Part shown: one piece after another, positions 9,832 through 18,997 of the stretch | Numbering within the stretch: position 1 is the first letter of the stretch | Layout of the letters: each line of letters starts with the position of its first letter | Assembly: GCA_947085655.1 (NCBI GenBank) | Contig: CAMTXH010000007.1 | Location: 46,085 to 110,084, forward strand | From: an uncultured Omnitrophica bacterium | GTDB lineage: Bacteria > Omnitrophota > Gorgyraeia > JACQQV01 | Direction: 5' to 3' | Length of the DNA: 64,000 nucleotides | Notes under the pieces: generated by a model | What the model saw: the letters and a program-made list of their open reading frames with translations, nothing else | What the model was told of the DNA's origin: nothing | Database searches by the model: none | Position numbers and translations under genes: made by a program

Positions 9832-10852
9832 CGGGTTCCAAAAAATTCTCGTCATCAAGTTGGCCGGCATCGGCGATTTCATTTTGGCGCTTCCCGCTTT
9901 TCATCTTCTTTCTCAATATGGAAAGAAACATTTGACCCTCCTCTGCACGGACCGCACACGGGGACTGGCGGAACGATCCGGGTATTTCCAGGAAGTTGTT
10001 TCACTGAAAGACCCCTTTTTCTCATGGCGAACATTTTTTCAGAACCTGAAAACCATTTTTGAGCTCCGGCGCCACGGTTATGAACTTGGCGTTAATTTTC
10101 ACACGATCGGATCTCTGAAGGGCGCCTTACTGATGGCGCTTCTTTTTTCTCTTCTTGGGATACCCAGACGTGCAGGTTGGGATAGTCGCGGACGGGGATT
10201 TTTCTACACCGATAAAATTGCCGAGCCCAAAGGGAAAATGCACGAGAGAGAAAAACATTTGGCGCTCGCTTCTACTTTGACCGGGGTATTCGGCTTGTCC
10301 GTCCCGCTCGAACTGCCGGTGACCCCGGAAGACCGTTTTCAGGCGGACCAATTTCTGCAGGGAAAATCTCTATCCCCGCCCCTGGTGGGTCTCCAGCCGG
10401 CTGGAAACAAACGGCCCTTTCTCTGGCCGCTTTCTCATTTCGCAGGCCTTTCCCGCTATCTCCATCAGACCTACGGTGCGACGCTCTTTGTGAGCGGGAA
10501 TAAGAGCGAGAGACGCTTCGGTGAATCTCTTCAGGCACAGCTTGACTTCCCGATCATGAATATTTGCGGAGAATTTCCATTGGAAACACTCCCCGCTTTT
10601 TTCGAACGCCTCCATCTTTTTATTTCCAATGATACAGGACTGGCGCATCTTGCAGGGGAAGTCGGTACACCGCTTGTGGTCCTCTTTGGACCGAAATCAG
10701 AAGAGCGGTTCGCTCCTTTCCACCGGAAAAACAGGTCTCTTGTGATTCACCGAAACGACATCCGTTCCATCTCGGAGATTTCCGTTCAGGAGGTCATTGA
10801 GGCACTCGACCGGTTCCTTGGCATATTAGGATGGCAGAAAAAAAGAGAATAG
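9818..10852 (+). CDS. Glycosyltransferase family 9 (ADP-heptose:LPS heptosyltransferase-like)
   Basis: 'ILVIKLAGIGDFILALPAF' N-terminus and 'ISNDTGLAHLAGEVGTPLVVLFGP' C-terminal motif, characteristic of RfaF/RfaC/RfaQ-type GT9. Confidence 0.7.
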   Translation: MSLLNGFQKILVIKLAGIGDFILALPAFHLLSQYGKKHLTLLCTDRTRGLAERSGYFQEVVSLKDPFFSWRTFFQNLKTIFELRRHGYELGVNFHTIGSLKGALLMALLFSLLGIPRRAGWDSRGRGFFYTDKIAEPKGKMHEREKHLALASTLTGVFGLSVPLELPVTPEDRFQADQFLQGKSLSPPLVGLQPAGNKRPFLWPLSHFAGLSRYLHQTYGATLFVSGNKSERRFGESLQAQLDFPIMNICGEFPLETLPAFFERLHLFISNDTGLAHLAGEVGTPLVVLFGPKSEERFAPFHRKNRSLVIHRNDIRSISEISVQEVIEALDRFLGILGWQKKRE

Positions 10853-11985
10853 CCCATATCATTACCCGACTCGATTGGGGCGGGTCTGCGGAAAATACCC
10901 TTTTAACCGTGACTCATCTCGATAAGTCCCGGCATGAGGTTACGTTGATTTACGGCGAAACTGTTGAGGGATTGGAAGATCAGATCAAGTCAGCAGAAGG
11001 AAACGGGGTCCAGTTGATTTATTTGAAAGAGCTGGTCCGGCATATCCACCCGTGGCTCGACACCGTTGCCTTGTGGAAATTGTACCGGCTCATGAAAAGG
11101 GAAAAATTCGACCTGGTTCATACCCACTCTTCCAAAGCAGGGGTTTTGGGGCGTCAGGCGGCTATTCTGGCAGGGGTCCGTCGGATTGTGCATACCCCTC
11201 ATGGCCATGTTTTTTACGGTTACTTCGGTCCTTTCACGAATCTTTTGATTCTTTGGATTGAGCGATTCCTCGGAAGATGGACAGACCGATTGATAACCCT
11301 CACTCATAGGGGGAGAGAGGAACATGTAGCGCGCCGGATCCTTCCCCCCGAAAAAATCGTCCCGATTTACAGCGGCATTCGACTGGAGATATTTCAAAAC
11401 TTTGAGCCGTCGAAGGAACTTCAGGCAAAAATATTCAGCGGAATCCCCCCGGGCCCGCGCATCGGTTTGGGAGGCCGCCTCGTTCCGGTGAAAGGCCATC
11501 GCTACCTCCTCGAGGCAGTTCCCCGAATCGTTCGGGATGTCCCTGATGCCCGTTTTCTACTCGCAGGGGATGGACCGCTCCGGAAGGAACTCGAAAAAAA
11601 GTGCAGAGAGCTTGGGATTAACTCCTCCGTTTTTTTTCTGGGGAGCCAAAAAGATATTCGGCCCTTTCTTTACGGAGTGGATCTGATTGTCCTTCCTTCT
11701 TTGAATGAAGGGATGGGGAGGATCCTCCTTGAGGCGCAAGCGATGGGGAAACCGGTGATCGGGACATCTGTCGGCGGGATACCGGAAGTGATTCGGGGTG
11801 AGGAGACTGGACTCATCATTCCGCCAAAGGATCCCGAAGCGTTGGCCGCGGCCATCTTACAACTATTGAAAGACCCGGGACGAAGAGAGCGAATGGGTCA
11901 AAGGGCAAAGGAATGGGTCGATCAGCGGTTTGGGGTGGAGCGGATGGTTGAGCAGGCGGCGAGCGTTTATGAAGCCCTTCTTTAA
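10831..11985 (+). CDS. Glycosyltransferase family 4
   Basis: 'NEGMGRILLEAQAMGKPVIGTSVGGIPEVIRGEETGLIIPP'. Confidence 0.75.
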   Translation: MAEKKRIAHIITRLDWGGSAENTLLTVTHLDKSRHEVTLIYGETVEGLEDQIKSAEGNGVQLIYLKELVRHIHPWLDTVALWKLYRLMKREKFDLVHTHSSKAGVLGRQAAILAGVRRIVHTPHGHVFYGYFGPFTNLLILWIERFLGRWTDRLITLTHRGREEHVARRILPPEKIVPIYSGIRLEIFQNFEPSKELQAKIFSGIPPGPRIGLGGRLVPVKGHRYLLEAVPRIVRDVPDARFLLAGDGPLRKELEKKCRELGINSSVFFLGSQKDIRPFLYGVDLIVLPSLNEGMGRILLEAQAMGKPVIGTSVGGIPEVIRGEETGLIIPPKDPEALAAAILQLLKDPGRRERMGQRAKEWVDQRFGVERMVEQAASVYEALL

Positions 11986-13195
11986 AGTTTTTCTTTTCAT
12001 TTCAGGGTTGGTTCTTATGGTGGGAGGTGAAGAAGCCGTTTTCGCCTCCGGGCGGTGGGATGCCGTGATTCACATTCATTCCAGCTACAGTTTCCGGGGA
12101 CTCCTGACCCCCGAAGAAATTGTGGCGCTTGCCAGCGAAAGAGGAATCGACGCTGTTTTCTTTTCGGACGATGCTTTGGTCAAAATTAAATACGGGTTTA
12201 TCGGGATACAAAAGACATCCGTGTATAAAAAGGGGCTTCGCCGTTATCTTCGGGAACTTGAAACGATTGACAGGAAGTTTCCGGATCTCACCGTTGTCCC
12301 GGGAGTTGAAGTGGCTCCCCATTATGAGTGGGACTCTTCTCCCTTCTGGGGGAAGGGAGTTGTGCGGAACTGGAATAAGCACCTTTTGGTATACGGACTG
12401 GATGAAAAAACATTCCGGGATTTGCCTTTTGGGGGAAGAGGGGCGGGCGAAACTCCCTACCAGCGGATGATTGATGGCGTGGTTCAGAAGGGAGGCTTGA
12501 TTTTCTGGGCTCATCCTGAAGCAAGAGATATTCCCCGGAAATTCGGTCCCGTTACGTTTGTGACAGACCCCTATCCGGAATCGCTGGAAAGGACCGATCG
12601 CTACACCGGCTTTGCCATCCTTTTTGAGGGGATGAAGACGATCGGTATTCCGGGCGGTATTTGGGACCGGCTTCTCACGCGTTACTGTGAGGGGAAAAAG
12701 GGTTCGCCTGTTTGGGCCATCGGTGAACTGGACTATACGGAAGAAGGGCGTGCCGGCACATGGATTGACACAGTGAAGACCGTCATTTTTTCAGAAACAA
12801 ACCGGGCCCCAGATCTTTTGGAAGCGCTCCGAAAAGGCCGGATGTACGCCCTCCGTCGAATCAGGGAGAGGGAGTTGGTTCTCGAATCCTTCTGGGTCGA
12901 AGAAGGGAGCCAAAAAGCGCTTTCAGGCGAAACACTTCCGGCTACGGATTCTCCGAAGATTCATTTCGCCGTTTCTTATTCGGACGGAACGCCCAAGACG
13001 GTTCAGGTGAAAATCATCCGCGGGGGAGAGATCCTGCAAAATTTGGCTCTCAGGACACCCGTTTCATTTACGGTTCCGGATCCGGAGCCCTCCGATCGAA
13101 AGACGTTTTACCGCCTTGAAATTATGGGTGACCGCGGTGAGATCCTCCTCACGAATCCAATCTTTGTTTCTTTTTCAAAAAAGGAGGGACAATGA
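11969..13195 (+). CDS. Secreted PHP-domain (CehA/McbA-like) metallo-phosphoesterase, function unclear
   Basis: I chose the ATG at 11969, which gives a signal peptide (MKPFFKVFLFISGLVLMVGGEEAVFA). 'VIHIHSSYSF ... GIDAVFFSDD' resembles the PHP motif. Embedded in the glycan locus. Confidence 0.4.
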   Translation: MKPFFKVFLFISGLVLMVGGEEAVFASGRWDAVIHIHSSYSFRGLLTPEEIVALASERGIDAVFFSDDALVKIKYGFIGIQKTSVYKKGLRRYLRELETIDRKFPDLTVVPGVEVAPHYEWDSSPFWGKGVVRNWNKHLLVYGLDEKTFRDLPFGGRGAGETPYQRMIDGVVQKGGLIFWAHPEARDIPRKFGPVTFVTDPYPESLERTDRYTGFAILFEGMKTIGIPGGIWDRLLTRYCEGKKGSPVWAIGELDYTEEGRAGTWIDTVKTVIFSETNRAPDLLEALRKGRMYALRRIRERELVLESFWVEEGSQKALSGETLPATDSPKIHFAVSYSDGTPKTVQVKIIRGGEILQNLALRTPVSFTVPDPEPSDRKTFYRLEIMGDRGEILLTNPIFVSFSKKEGQ

Positions 13196-13881
13196 TTCTC
13201 TCCGCGCACCAGTCCCATTATCTTCCATGGCTTGGGTATCTTGACAAGATTGACCGTTCGGATATTTTCGTGGTGCTGGATGATGTTCAGTATGAGAAAA
13301 ACGGGTGGCAGAACCGGAACCGGATTTTGTCGGCGAAGGGACCCCAATGGCTGACCGTGCCGGTCCATGCGCATCTCTCCCAACGACTCTTGGATATTGC
13401 AATATCTGACAATGTATCGTGGGAGAAAGATCATGCCAAAACGCTTGAACTGAATTACCGAAAATCACCCCATTTTTCCTTTCTGTGGGACGCCTTGGAG
13501 GAAATCTACGAAAAGAAGTGGAGATCACTCGTTGAACTGAACGAGACTTCTCTTGCCGTCCTACTCGAAAAATTCGGCCTTGCCGGAAAGAGACAGGTCC
13601 GGTCATCCGCACTCGGCATCAAAAGCGAAGCGACGACGAGACTCGTGGAAATTTGCAAGTCTTTCAAGGCGGATACCTATTTATCAGGGGAGGGGGCGAA
13701 GGCGTATCTTGATCTTTCTCTCTTTGAGAAGGCGGGAATCCGAGTCGCCTTCCAGGAATTTCGTCATCCGGTTTATTCCCAAATCCACGGGGAGGATTTT
13801 GTGGAGGGGCTCTCTGCTGTCGATCTACTTTTTAATCACGGAGAAGATGCTTTGGAAATCCTACGAGGTATGAGGAAGTGA
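13192..13881 (+). CDS. WbqC-family protein
   Basis: N-terminal 'MILSAHQSHYLPWLGYLDKIDRSDIFVVLDDVQYEKNGWQNRNRI' matches the WbqC-like signature (HQPxYLPWxGYF ... DDxQY ... W.NRN). RBS AAGGAGG lies upstream. Confidence 0.55.
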   Translation: MILSAHQSHYLPWLGYLDKIDRSDIFVVLDDVQYEKNGWQNRNRILSAKGPQWLTVPVHAHLSQRLLDIAISDNVSWEKDHAKTLELNYRKSPHFSFLWDALEEIYEKKWRSLVELNETSLAVLLEKFGLAGKRQVRSSALGIKSEATTRLVEICKSFKADTYLSGEGAKAYLDLSLFEKAGIRVAFQEFRHPVYSQIHGEDFVEGLSAVDLLFNHGEDALEILRGMRK

Positions 13882-13915
13882 ATGACCCAGCCGCGTCACC
13901 CCTCGGAGCAGACAA

Positions 13916-15007
13916 TCACCATCCTTTCCGAATCGTCTGGATGACTTTTGTCACGTCGTCGTCGGTGAGGTGATTGTGGAGGGGAATCGAGACATACTCG
14001 CTTTCGATTTTGTTCATGACAGGAAGATTCTGCCGTTTTCCGCCGAAAATCGGAAAGATGTCACAACGGACATGGACCAGATGGGATTCAATCTCGTTTT
14101 GACGGAGATATTCCATGAACGCCTCCCGCTTTTCAACCCGGATCGTGAAGAGCCAATAGGCGCTTTTCCGGTCTTTCTTTTCTTCCGGGAGAGAAAGACC
14201 CGCCACCCCGGAAAGTTCCTTCCGGTAGCGTGCGGCGATCGCTTGCCTTCTTTGATCCAATTGCGGGAATTCGTCGAGTTGGGCCGAGAGCATCGCTGCC
14301 ACGATGTCGTTCATATGGTATTTGTAACCGATTTCGGTGATGCGGTGTTTGTCGTAAAAACTTCCTTTGAAGTTCCGGTCCATTCCGTACCAGCGAAGAA
14401 TTTTCGCTTTTTGGGCTTTTTCCGGGCGGATCGTGGTGAGCATTCCGCCGTCACCAGAGGTAATGTGCTTGACCGCCTGGAAGGAGAAACAGGTGAAGTC
14501 GCTCAAGGCCCCGACCGGTTTCCCCTGAAAACCGGCTCCGAGCGCATGGGCGGCATCTTCGATGACGGAAATCCCGCGCTTCTGGGCGACGGCGTGAATC
14601 TCGGTCATATCGCAGGGCTGTCCGCCCCAATGGACAGCGATGATCGCTTTGGTTTTGGGCGTGATTTTTTGGGAAATACTTTTGGGATCGATATTGAGGG
14701 TCGTCTCCTGAATGTCCGCAAAGACCGCTTTTGCACGTCGGTAGAGGATTGGGATATTGGTCGCGGAGCAAGTCATCGGCGTGGTGACGACCTCATCCCC
14801 GTCGTTCACGCCGGCAAGGATCAGGGAGAGATGGATGGCGGAGGTGCAGGCATTGACCGCGACCGCGTGGGGAATGGTGAACTGGTTCTGGAATTTTTCT
14901 TCGAGGGCATCGACGCGGGGTCCCTGCCCGATCCAGCGGGTTTTTAAGACTTCAACGACCGCGCGAGAGGCCCTTTCAGAAATGTATGGCCAAAACAGGG
15001 TAATCAT
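13916..15007 (-). CDS. DegT/DnrJ/EryC1/StrS-family PLP-dependent sugar aminotransferase
   Basis: The only substantial minus-strand gene. 'FSFQAVKHITSGDGGMLTT' contains the PLP-lysine motif. C-terminal '...YVSIPLHNHLTDDDVTKVIQ'. The overlapping + strand ORF 13970-14947 has no recognisable domains. Confidence 0.8.
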   Translation of the reverse strand: MITLFWPYISERASRAVVEVLKTRWIGQGPRVDALEEKFQNQFTIPHAVAVNACTSAIHLSLILAGVNDGDEVVTTPMTCSATNIPILYRRAKAVFADIQETTLNIDPKSISQKITPKTKAIIAVHWGGQPCDMTEIHAVAQKRGISVIEDAAHALGAGFQGKPVGALSDFTCFSFQAVKHITSGDGGMLTTIRPEKAQKAKILRWYGMDRNFKGSFYDKHRITEIGYKYHMNDIVAAMLSAQLDEFPQLDQRRQAIAARYRKELSGVAGLSLPEEKKDRKSAYWLFTIRVEKREAFMEYLRQNEIESHLVHVRCDIFPIFGGKRQNLPVMNKIESEYVSIPLHNHLTDDDVTKVIQTIRKGW

Positions 15008-15039
15008 TTCAGCTTATACTATACCATAAGCGACCGACA

Positions 15040-15915
15040 ATGGACAAATACCTGTGCATGGATGAATGCAATCTTTGCGGTTCACCGGAAGTTCAACGTT
15101 TCCTCGAAGTGGGAAAGAATAAATATTTGGAGCGATGTAGACGGTGCTCTCTTTTTTTCTTAAATGCTGAAGAGCGAAACAGTGCGGCTGAGTATTGCAA
15201 GGAGCGAGAGGTTCTTTTGGATGAAAACACCCTTTTTCAAACAAGCCGCGTTGAATTTTCAGAAAATTTTTTCAAGAATTTATGTAAGAAACCAGGTCGT
15301 TTGTTGGACATTGGATGCGGGACAGGCCACTTTTTATCAATTGCCAAAAAGAGGGGATGGGATATCCAGGGCGTAGAGATAAGTCATCAGGCCGCAAAGG
15401 CTGCGAGAGCACATTACGGCCTCCCTGTATTTGAGGGAGATGTTGAAGAGGCCGTCTTTCCCGAGCAAACTTTCGACCTCATAACACTCTGGAACGTATT
15501 GGATTTTTTAAAGGACCCCAAAAAGGTGCTTTCAAAAATTTTTCGCCTCTTGAAAAAGGACGGACTTCTTGTGCTTCGAGTAACCAATGTGCGATTTCAC
15601 CTTGGCGTTTACTGTTTTTGGCATGCCATCCCTTTCCTTCGAAGGCGACGAGTCGCCCCTTCGACCTTCCACATCTACAATTTCTCAGAGACTACTTTGA
15701 AGAGCCTCCTTTTGAGTTGTGGTTTCGTAAACGTTGAGGTTCAGAATAGTTCTCCTACCCCAGGCCATCCTTACGAGGGATCCTCTTTTCTGACTGAGAC
15801 CCAGGCGAAGATATTGAAAACAATTGTGAAAGGAACCTCTGCCCTATTTTTTTATGGAACGTTTGGACGTTTGTGCCTAGGAAGTTCTCTCCTTGCGCAA
15901 TGCTGGAAAAAATAA
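15040..15915 (+). CDS. Class I SAM-dependent methyltransferase with N-terminal zinc ribbon (paralogue of 1520-2245)
   Basis: 'CNLCGSPEV ... CRRCSLFF' ribbon, then 'LLDIGCGTGHFLSIA', 'FDLITLWNVLDFLKDP' and 'LKKDGLLVL'. Confidence 0.6.
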   Translation: MDKYLCMDECNLCGSPEVQRFLEVGKNKYLERCRRCSLFFLNAEERNSAAEYCKEREVLLDENTLFQTSRVEFSENFFKNLCKKPGRLLDIGCGTGHFLSIAKKRGWDIQGVEISHQAAKAARAHYGLPVFEGDVEEAVFPEQTFDLITLWNVLDFLKDPKKVLSKIFRLLKKDGLLVLRVTNVRFHLGVYCFWHAIPFLRRRRVAPSTFHIYNFSETTLKSLLLSCGFVNVEVQNSSPTPGHPYEGSSFLTETQAKILKTIVKGTSALFFYGTFGRLCLGSSLLAQCWKK

Positions 15916-15967
15916 ATTTTGATATTAGGATATGATAGAATAGATACTACCGAAGAAAGGAGACTTC

Positions 15968-16603
15968 ATGAATATTCTGGCGATCGGCGCTCATCCGGAT
16001 GACATTGAATACGGCTGCGGCGGGGCTCTCGCGAAACTCACCCGTTTGGGACACAACGTTTATCTGCTCGTGATGACAAAGGGGGAAGTCGGCGTCGGTG
16101 GCAGACCGTCCGTCCGAGCCAAAGAACAGATCCGTTCAGGCAAGATTTTGGGGATTAAAAAGCTTTTTTGGGGGGGATATAAAGACACCCGGATTCCGCT
16201 CGGGAAGGAATTGATCACCCGGATTGAGAGGGCGGTAAAGGCGGTGAAACCGACCTTTATTTTTGTCGTTTACGGGGATGATACCCACCAGGACCATCGG
16301 GTCGTTGCCCAGGCGACCAACACCGCCACCCGTTACACAAAAAATGTTCTTTTTTATGAGGTTCCAAGCACTCAGAATTTCCAGCCGACCGTTTTCATTG
16401 ACATTCATGGTGTTTTAAATACAAAACTCGCCGCCCTTAAGGCGCACGCCTCCCAGGTGACCGCAACCAAGATCAAGGACCTGACCATTCTGGACAGCGC
16501 CCGCTCGAATGCCATCTTCCGGGGGATTCAAGGACGGGTGAAATACGCCGAGGCGTTTGCTCCCTCCCGTCTTTTCATCGCGATTGAGAAAAACGGAAAA
16601 TGA
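15968..16603 (+). CDS. PIG-L/LmbE-family N-acetylglucosaminyl deacetylase
   Basis: 'MNILAIGAHPDDIEYGCGGALAKL ... HQDHR' (Zn-binding HxDD and HxxH motifs of LmbE-like deacetylases). Confidence 0.75.
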   Translation: MNILAIGAHPDDIEYGCGGALAKLTRLGHNVYLLVMTKGEVGVGGRPSVRAKEQIRSGKILGIKKLFWGGYKDTRIPLGKELITRIERAVKAVKPTFIFVVYGDDTHQDHRVVAQATNTATRYTKNVLFYEVPSTQNFQPTVFIDIHGVLNTKLAALKAHASQVTATKIKDLTILDSARSNAIFRGIQGRVKYAEAFAPSRLFIAIEKNGK

Positions 16604-17691
16604 AAGACCTCAGTATCTTTACCGTCGCTTTTCTGTTTGGATTTTGCTTGACGCCGCTCGCCATTCAATTGGCAAAGTGGTTCAAAATTCTCGATTATCC
16701 CGAATCCCGGAAGGTGCACGATCAGCCGACACCCCTTTTAGGAGGCGTTGCAATTTTCACCGCTTTCTTTTTCATGAATTACCCCTTCATCCCTCCTCAA
16801 AAGCCTTTTCTGGGAGTCTACCTGGGAGCCACCCTCATTTTTCTGGGAAGTCTCTGGGAAGATATCCGGGAACTTTCTGTGCGGGCGCGCCTCCTCCTTC
16901 AATCCCTCGGGGCGGTCATCATGCTTCTTTTCGGCGTAAAAGTCTCCTTTCTCACCCCGGGCTTGTGGGGGGACGTCGGAGAAATTTTCATCACCCTTCT
17001 TTGGATTGTCGGCATCACCAATGCCATGAACTTCTTGGACGGATTGGACGGTCTCCTTCCAGGCCTTTGCGTGATTACAGGCCTTTTTTTCTATGCGGTG
17101 GCTCACCAAGTTAACCAGCTTTATTTTGGTCTTCTGACGCTTGCGATGGCGGGCGTCTGCCTCGGTTTTTTACCGCACAACTTCCCGGTCCCGTTTCGTT
17201 ATTTGAAGCGTTTGTTGAAGGGGGAAAAGAGATGCTACCTCCCAACCGAGGACCGAGCCCAGATTTTTCTGGGGGATAGCGGCTCCACTTTTTTGGGAGC
17301 ATTCTTTGCAGGAATATCCGTAATGGGAGATTTGGCTTCGCATAACATGGCCGCCCTTGCGGTCCCGATTCTCCTTTTGGGCATCCCCATTTTTGACATT
17401 ACCTTCATCACCATCCGAAGGATTTTGGAGGGAAGAGTGAAGAATATCGGGGAGTGGCTTGGATATGCGGGAAAAGACCATTTCCACCACCGGCTGATGG
17501 ATCTCGGCTTTTCCAAGCCGGGGAGCGTGTTTTTTATCCATTCCGTTGCGGTGACGCTTGGAATTACCGCACTCGTCCTCCGGAATGCAGGGCCCCTGGA
17601 CACCTTCCTTCTTTTGGTGAAAGCGGCCCTTATCTTTTTTCTGATCGCCCTTTTGATGTTAGCCGGAATCCGGAGCACCAAAAGGGGTTAG
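16600..17691 (+). CDS. WecA/MraY-family polyprenyl-phosphate N-acetylhexosamine-1-phosphate transferase (initiating transferase)
   Basis: Polytopic membrane protein with 'NAMNFLDGLDGL' (the MraY/WecA motif) and a cytoplasmic 'DD' loop. ATGA overlap with the deacetylase gene. Confidence 0.75.
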   Translation: MKDLSIFTVAFLFGFCLTPLAIQLAKWFKILDYPESRKVHDQPTPLLGGVAIFTAFFFMNYPFIPPQKPFLGVYLGATLIFLGSLWEDIRELSVRARLLLQSLGAVIMLLFGVKVSFLTPGLWGDVGEIFITLLWIVGITNAMNFLDGLDGLLPGLCVITGLFFYAVAHQVNQLYFGLLTLAMAGVCLGFLPHNFPVPFRYLKRLLKGEKRCYLPTEDRAQIFLGDSGSTFLGAFFAGISVMGDLASHNMAALAVPILLLGIPIFDITFITIRRILEGRVKNIGEWLGYAGKDHFHHRLMDLGFSKPGSVFFIHSVAVTLGITALVLRNAGPLDTFLLLVKAALIFFLIALLMLAGIRSTKRG

Positions 17692-17704
17692 GAATGAAAA
17701 AAAC

Positions 17705-17740
17705 TTTGACAAAGCTACATTTTTATGGTAACTTATATTA
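17705..17740 (+). promoter_or_regulatory. Putative sigma70 promoter for the HD-GYP-like gene
   Basis: TTGACA, a 17-nt spacer, then TAACTT or TATATT in an AT-rich intergenic region. RBS AAGGAG lies 7 nt before the ATG at 17757. Coordinates approximate. Confidence 0.35.
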
Positions 17741-17756
17741 ATATAAGGAGTTATAA

Positions 17757-18665
17757 ATGGCTGTTAATCTCGAAGATGCGGCAATTCTCTATGAGGAAGC
17801 GACTGCACTCGTCAAGAAAGTATTCGACCAGGCAGGCCGGAATCAGCTGATTGACGGGAGGGAGATCAGTTCACTCGTCTGGCGGCTGGTTGAACATACG
17901 ACCCTGGGAGACCGGGGTCTTGTTTATTTTACGAACCGCGCAACCCCCCAGAATCTTCTCGTCTCCCAATCGGTCAATACCTGCATCCTTGCTTTGGTGA
18001 TCGGGATGGGCCTTCGATATGATACGGCAGAGCTCAACCAGTTAGGGGCCGCCGCGCTTTTACATAACATCGGAATGGTCCGACACCTTGAGACCATAGG
18101 ACTTCCGAGAAAACTCACCCCCCGCGAACTTGACGCAGTCCGCCAGCACCCTGTTGATGGAGAGGAGATTCTGAAAAAAGTCGGAGAGATTGAACCGGCC
18201 GTTCTTTTTGTTTGCCGGCACCAATACCGGAAAAGCTGGGAAGGGGTGACGGTTGCCCCCCACCAGACCCGATGGCAGGAGTACACCCAGATTGTGCGGC
18301 TGGTGGATATTTATGTGGCGATGACCCAGCCCCGTCCCTACCGGGAGCCCAAACTTTCGCATGAAGCGGTCCGCGAGCTGATCGGCGAATCTCACGATAT
18401 TTTTTCCACCCGTATCATGAAGACGTTGATTGACCAGATTGGAATTTATCCGATCGGCTCCTGGGTCCGTCTGAACACAGACGAAATCGCCCGTGTCGTG
18501 GAACCAAACCGGAATTTTCCCCTTCATCCGGTGGTAGAGGTTCTTTTTGACAATAGGGGGGAATCTGTCGACAGTCCCAAACAGTATAATCTTTACCAAC
18601 AGCGGATGATTTACATCAAGGAGCCGGTGGATTATCAGAAATTAAACCTCTTCGGTTCAAATTAA
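17757..18665 (+). CDS. HD-GYP-like domain protein with degenerate catalytic motifs (HD to HN, no GYP), probably non-catalytic
   Basis: HD-superfamily fold ('LAALLHNIGMVRH ... HPVDGEEIL ... RLVDIYVAMTQPRPYREP'). The metal-binding HD is HN (codon aac). The HHExxDGSGYP segment is replaced by 'HQYRKSWEGVTVAP'. Confidence 0.65.
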   Translation: MAVNLEDAAILYEEATALVKKVFDQAGRNQLIDGREISSLVWRLVEHTTLGDRGLVYFTNRATPQNLLVSQSVNTCILALVIGMGLRYDTAELNQLGAAALLHNIGMVRHLETIGLPRKLTPRELDAVRQHPVDGEEILKKVGEIEPAVLFVCRHQYRKSWEGVTVAPHQTRWQEYTQIVRLVDIYVAMTQPRPYREPKLSHEAVRELIGESHDIFSTRIMKTLIDQIGIYPIGSWVRLNTDEIARVVEPNRNFPLHPVVEVLFDNRGESVDSPKQYNLYQQRMIYIKEPVDYQKLNLFGSN

Positions 18666-18685
18666 TCAGGAAAGGGGGTGATCCA

Positions 18686-18859
18686 ATGAAACAGTTGGGC
18701 AATGTGCTTTTGGTGGTTGCCGGCGTGAGCTTGGTCGTCGGAATCATATCTCGGATGACCTTAAAGCCTCTTTTTGGGGGTTTGGAAGCGCAGGCATTCT
18801 TGCAGTTTTCTCAGACGCTTTTGTTGGCGGTGATTGCACTCTCCGTTATGAAGCAATAA
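18686..18859 (+). CDS. Small (57 aa) two-TM membrane protein, hypothetical
   Basis: Not in the ORF track (under 60 aa). ATG preceded by 'AAAGGGGGTG'. Sequence MKQLGNVLLVVAGVSLVVGIISRMTLKPLFGGLEAQAFLQFSQTLLLAVIALSVMKQ. Followed by a T-rich inverted repeat. Sits between the HD-GYP-like and GGDEF genes. Confidence 0.3.
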   Translation: MKQLGNVLLVVAGVSLVVGIISRMTLKPLFGGLEAQAFLQFSQTLLLAVIALSVMKQ

Positions 18860-18997
18860 GCCGTAAAGACTGATCCTTTTTTGCTTCAAAAAAAGAAGGG
18901 ATGTTTGGGGGTTCTTCTTAAAGCGACTTAAAATTTGTGAAATCAAAAATTAATTGCAGAGTCAAAAGGTGGCTTTCAAACTAGAGGGGGATGGGGG

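Noticed and set aside
13970-14947. Plus-strand 325-aa ORF overlapping the DegT aminotransferase.
   Set aside because: The minus-strand frame carries the PLP-lysine motif and the aminotransferase fold along its whole length. The plus frame has no domain signal.
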